Shown in pieces: positions 58,899 to 64,000 of a DNA stretch of 64,000 bases (positions within the stretch are counted from its first letter, which is position 1; every line of letters begins with the position of its first letter). Below the pieces are notes generated by a model that saw only the letters and a program-made list of their open reading frames with translations, was not told the DNA's origin and made no database searches. Location of the stretch: contig CAXXWX010000001.1 in NCBI GenBank assembly GCA_963675745.2, forward strand, positions 32,001-96,000, written 5' to 3'. The translations under genes and the position numbers were made by a program. The DNA is from Phycisphaerae bacterium (GTDB taxonomy: Bacteria; Planctomycetota; Phycisphaerae; UBA1845; Fen-1342).

Positions 58899-59729
58899 GT
58901 GAAGGCACCAGAATCACCCGAAGACGCGCGGAACGGCACGCTCCATGAGCGCCTCGGCGCCCTGCGCCGCACAACACGCGGGCGCGCGGCAAACCAACGC
59001 CACACAACCAGCGGCCGCGAGCGTCCACCACTAAAGGACATCATCGGCGGGCGTCCGGCGCGCGGCGCCGCCCGGTGCTGGATTATCGAGACGCCCTTTG
59101 AAAGCATCTGCCCCACGCATTCGCTACGCGCCGGCGATTTCGCCGGGCCGCGCATCTATACGCCCCCGCGCGGCGAGCGAATTACCATCGATCTTCCCCA
59201 CGCGTGCCTGCTGGACATTGAAACCGGCGGGTTGGCCGGTACGCCGGTGTTTTTGATCGGAGCCGTGGCTCTGGATCGTTGGCCACCGGTGACAATGCAA
59301 TGGCTGGCGCGCGACTATCCCGAGGAACGCGCGATCCTCCAGCGCTTTGCCACATGGGTGCGCCGACGCCATTGCTGGGTGACCTTCAACGGCAAGAGCT
59401 TTGACGCACCGTTTTTGCACGATCGCTGCGTGGTCAGTAATGTGCGGCTGCCGGCGGCGCGCGCGCATCTCGACCTCCTGCACGCCGCAAGGCGTCATTG
59501 GCGTGAGCGGCTGCCTAATTTCCGCCTGGAAACACTGGAGCAGCAGGTTCTGGATCGGCGGCGGATTGGGGATGTACCGGGGCGTGATGTGCCGGATCTG
59601 TTTCACCACTACTGCAAAACCGGCAACGCCGCTCCGCTGCGTCCGGTGCTGGAGCACAACCAGATTGACCTGATTTCGTGCGTGGAGTTGCTCGTACGCA
59701 TGACGCGGAAGTCCGACAAGGAGACATGA
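58899..59729 (+). CDS. YprB-like RNase H-fold 3'-5' exonuclease domain protein
   Basis: LDIETGGL, TFNGKSFD, HLDLLH and LEHNQID motifs; start set at the GTG after GAGG (uncertain). Confidence 0.85.
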   Translation: MKAPESPEDARNGTLHERLGALRRTTRGRAANQRHTTSGRERPPLKDIIGGRPARGAARCWIIETPFESICPTHSLRAGDFAGPRIYTPPRGERITIDLPHACLLDIETGGLAGTPVFLIGAVALDRWPPVTMQWLARDYPEERAILQRFATWVRRRHCWVTFNGKSFDAPFLHDRCVVSNVRLPAARAHLDLLHAARRHWRERLPNFRLETLEQQVLDRRRIGDVPGRDVPDLFHHYCKTGNAAPLRPVLEHNQIDLISCVELLVRMTRKSDKET

Positions 59730-61273
59730 TGACGCCGCGCAACATCTTGCGCTTGGCCGGCATCGCATTGTTCGCCGCTGGTTTGTACGCCGGTGAACCT
59801 GTTCGGCCAGGCCGTTCGCCCAGCGCCACGCCGGAGTTCTCGCCTGAGCGTTTCATGCAACACGTGAGGTATCTGGCAGACGACGCGCGCGGCGGTCGCG
59901 GGACCGGGTCACCGGGCGTGAAAGCCGCCGGCGACTACATTGCCCAGCGCCTGGCGGAATTCGGCTGCGCGCCGGCCGGCGACGATGGCACGTTCTTCCA
60001 GGAATTCCAGACCATGCCCGCCAACCGGCTCGACGATGAGGCGGCGTTATTCGAGATTGAGGGGGACGAACGCGCCTGGAAACTGCGCGAAGACTGGGTG
60101 CCGATGCCGTTCTCCGCACCCGGTGTCATTCGCGGCCCGGTGGCCTTTGTCGGGTATGGCATTGAGGCGACGAAGTACGGCTACGACGACTATGCCGGAT
60201 TCTCCGCGGCCGGAAAAGTCCTGTTGATGTTGCGCTACGAGCCGCCCGCGGATGAACCCGGCGCTGAGTTCGGAGGCAAGCGGCGATCAAAGCACGCCAA
60301 CTTCTCGAGCAAGGTTGGCGCCGCCGAGCGGCACGGCGCAAAGGCACTTCTGATTGTTGACCCACCCACCACGGCACGGGCGGGTGAGGAGCTTTACCCC
60401 TTTGCGCTGTTCACCAACACAAGCCCGATGGCCCTTCCGATCCTCCATGTTTCGCGCGAACTCGCCGACACGCTGCTCGCGCGCGCCGGCGAACCCGACA
60501 TAAGCGAACTCGAGCGCGAGATAAACGCGGACCGGAAGCCGGCCTCGCGGAACCTGCGGGGAGTGCGCGTTGCCATCGACCAGGGCCTCACCCACGGAAA
60601 GACCCCGGCGCGCAACGTGCTCGGCTTGCTGGCCGGCGCCGGCGACACCGCCGAGACCATCGTCGTCGGCGCGCACTACGACCATCTCGGCTGGCGCGTC
60701 TGCAATCGTCTGGGCGGACAAGCCGTTATCCACAATGGCGCGGATGACAACGCTTCAGGGACGGCGGGCATACTCGAGATCGCGCGCGCCGTCAGCGACG
60801 GCCCGCGACCACGGCGGAACACGCTGTTCATCGCTTTCGGCGCCGAGGAAATCGGCCTGCTTGGCAGCCGACACTTCGTCGGCCATCCGACCATCCCGCT
60901 CGACGACATTCAAGCCATGATCAACCTCGACATGATCGGGCAGTTGTACGGACGCCGGGTGAAGATCCACATGGAGCCGCGCGGCCGCGTCATGAAGCGG
61001 CTGCTACGTGCGGCGTCCACGTCGGCCGGACTGCCGTACAGCCGTCTTTCGGGGATGTGGGGCAGCAGCGACCATGCGCCGTTTCAGAGCGAGGGCATCC
61101 CCGTGATATTCGCGTTCTCAGGGCTGCACGCGCAATATCACCAGCCTGAGGACGACTGGGAATTGATAGACCCGCAAGGCGCCACGAAGATCATCACCAT
61201 GCTGCACGAGGTCACATGGGAGCTTGCGAACCTGGCCGAAGGCCCCCGCCGCGAAACGCCGCTGGGTGAATAA
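59726..61273 (+). CDS. Secreted M28 metallopeptidase with PA domain
   Basis: GAHYDHLG, GADDNASG, AEEIGLLGS, NLDMIG, SDH and YHQPED motifs; ATGA overlap with the upstream gene. Confidence 0.93.
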   Translation: MMTPRNILRLAGIALFAAGLYAGEPVRPGRSPSATPEFSPERFMQHVRYLADDARGGRGTGSPGVKAAGDYIAQRLAEFGCAPAGDDGTFFQEFQTMPANRLDDEAALFEIEGDERAWKLREDWVPMPFSAPGVIRGPVAFVGYGIEATKYGYDDYAGFSAAGKVLLMLRYEPPADEPGAEFGGKRRSKHANFSSKVGAAERHGAKALLIVDPPTTARAGEELYPFALFTNTSPMALPILHVSRELADTLLARAGEPDISELEREINADRKPASRNLRGVRVAIDQGLTHGKTPARNVLGLLAGAGDTAETIVVGAHYDHLGWRVCNRLGGQAVIHNGADDNASGTAGILEIARAVSDGPRPRRNTLFIAFGAEEIGLLGSRHFVGHPTIPLDDIQAMINLDMIGQLYGRRVKIHMEPRGRVMKRLLRAASTSAGLPYSRLSGMWGSSDHAPFQSEGIPVIFAFSGLHAQYHQPEDDWELIDPQGATKIITMLHEVTWELANLAEGPRRETPLGE

Positions 61274-61330
61274 GGCACCTGGCATTTGGGGGAGTGCAGC
61301 GGCCAACGCTCCGCCGGGACGTGAATCTGC

Positions 61331-61984
61331 TCAGTCGGGCTGAGCCGACGACGACTCTGAAGGCACGGCCTGCGCCTCATCTGATGCGGCACCGCCACTG
61401 GCGAGCGCCGTACCAACGCGCTCGTGTTCGCGTATCAGCGTGACGGCCGAGGCCGGGTGTTCCGGGTTCTTGGGATTGGGGACCTTCCTGACGCTGACGA
61501 TGCCCATGCCGTGCAATTCGTCCAGCATCTCGCGGGCTTCTGGTGGTGTCAGGCCGATCTTGGCGAACATTTCCTTGACGATGTACCCGGCCCACATGAA
61601 TTCGTGCGTCTGCTCCAAGCGGTCGAACTCGCGCACAAACCAGTCGATCTGCTCATCATGGTCGAGCGTCACATCCGCCCTAAAGCCGGTAGGACCGGCA
61701 CTTGAGGCCTCGGCGTCGTCACGGCGTAACAAGGCATCGCCGGCCGTCGGTCGGTGGTGCTGGGGCTGGAACTCTATGTTCAGTTCGATCTGGAACGGCT
61801 TGAGGAGTGCGTCGCGCAGGGGACGGTCCGGGGCCATCGGCCGGTCCTCCGCGTCGAGAAACCGGACCGATTTGGCGTCAAAGACCTCACACAGCAGCCG
61901 TTCCACATCAGCGACGTTGTTGTTTCCGTGCGTCCGTGCGAGTCGATAAAGCACGGAGCGCAGGTGCGATTTCCAAGTATGCAT
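61331..61984 (-). CDS. Hypothetical protein, possible C-terminal winged helix
   Basis: Coding-like ORF from ATG 61984 with a helical region followed by VRKVPNPKNPEHP; family not recognised with certainty. Confidence 0.65.
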   Translation of the reverse strand: MHTWKSHLRSVLYRLARTHGNNNVADVERLLCEVFDAKSVRFLDAEDRPMAPDRPLRDALLKPFQIELNIEFQPQHHRPTAGDALLRRDDAEASSAGPTGFRADVTLDHDEQIDWFVREFDRLEQTHEFMWAGYIVKEMFAKIGLTPPEAREMLDELHGMGIVSVRKVPNPKNPEHPASAVTLIREHERVGTALASGGAASDEAQAVPSESSSAQPD

Positions 61985-62272
61985 TAGCGCCCTCTCTAAC
62001 CACAGTCTAGCCCGCGCATGTGCGTGTGCAAGCAAAAAACGGCGATTCCCGGGCACGAATGGGCCGCACGGCGTCGCGGCCGGTTCGAGCGCTGGCGCAG
62101 CCTGATCGGCGCGGGCCGCGCTTGGTGGTCGCGCGTGACAGGCGCATAAAAAAAGAAAACAGTGGATGAAACCGGGAGACAGATCGCTCTGTCGCACGCC
62201 GCCCTTACGGGCGACTGAGAATGTGCTGACTGAATGCCGTCGGCCGGAGCCGTCGGCTTTCCAGGTATCCCC

Positions 62273-63859
<1,587 letters not shown>

Positions 63860-64000
63860 AAGAATCTGCGATCTCGACCCGTTTGGGTCGCTATCTATCC
63901 TGTAAATCGGAATCGACCAAACGGCCTCGCGCTGTGTGCGAATCCGTCTGGGTGTTCACCGTGCAAACCAGGCGTAACAACGCCCGAATGCGGCGAACAT

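Overview
High-GC bacterial window, most likely Planctomycetota (class Phycisphaerae is an inference). The 16S rRNA gene at the right end contains an exact EUB338-II probe site, and the gene content fits: membrane Ser/Thr kinases with TPRs and many dockerin-like tails. The left ~42 kb is an extracytoplasmic-protein island. It starts with the end of a [NiFe]-hydrogenase operon and includes two paralogous TPR kinases and a two-component system. Eleven secreted proteins with unrelated bodies end in the same ~60-aa Cys-containing dockerin-like (double EF-hand) tail: S8 protease, Ntn hydrolase, BNR propeller, beta-helix, PA14 protein, a His/Trp-repeat giant and others. Most notably, c-type cytochromes are also tagged. 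These are a monoheme protein translationally coupled to the hydrogenase operon, a hexaheme protein, and an OTR-like decaheme protein carrying a different dockerin-like module inside the enzyme. This suggests a cellulosome/'planctosome'-like surface complex with an electron-transfer arm (hypothesis; no cohesin was recognised in the window). The right ~22 kb is mostly housekeeping: glycosyl- and methyltransferases, LD-carboxypeptidase, a TA-like pair, B12 radical SAM, GNAT, CoA-disulfide reductase-rhodanese, transaldolase, M28 peptidase, and a 16S gene not linked to 23S. All product calls come from motifs read by eye, with no database search. Several starts were moved from the ORF track using RBS and signal-peptide evidence.
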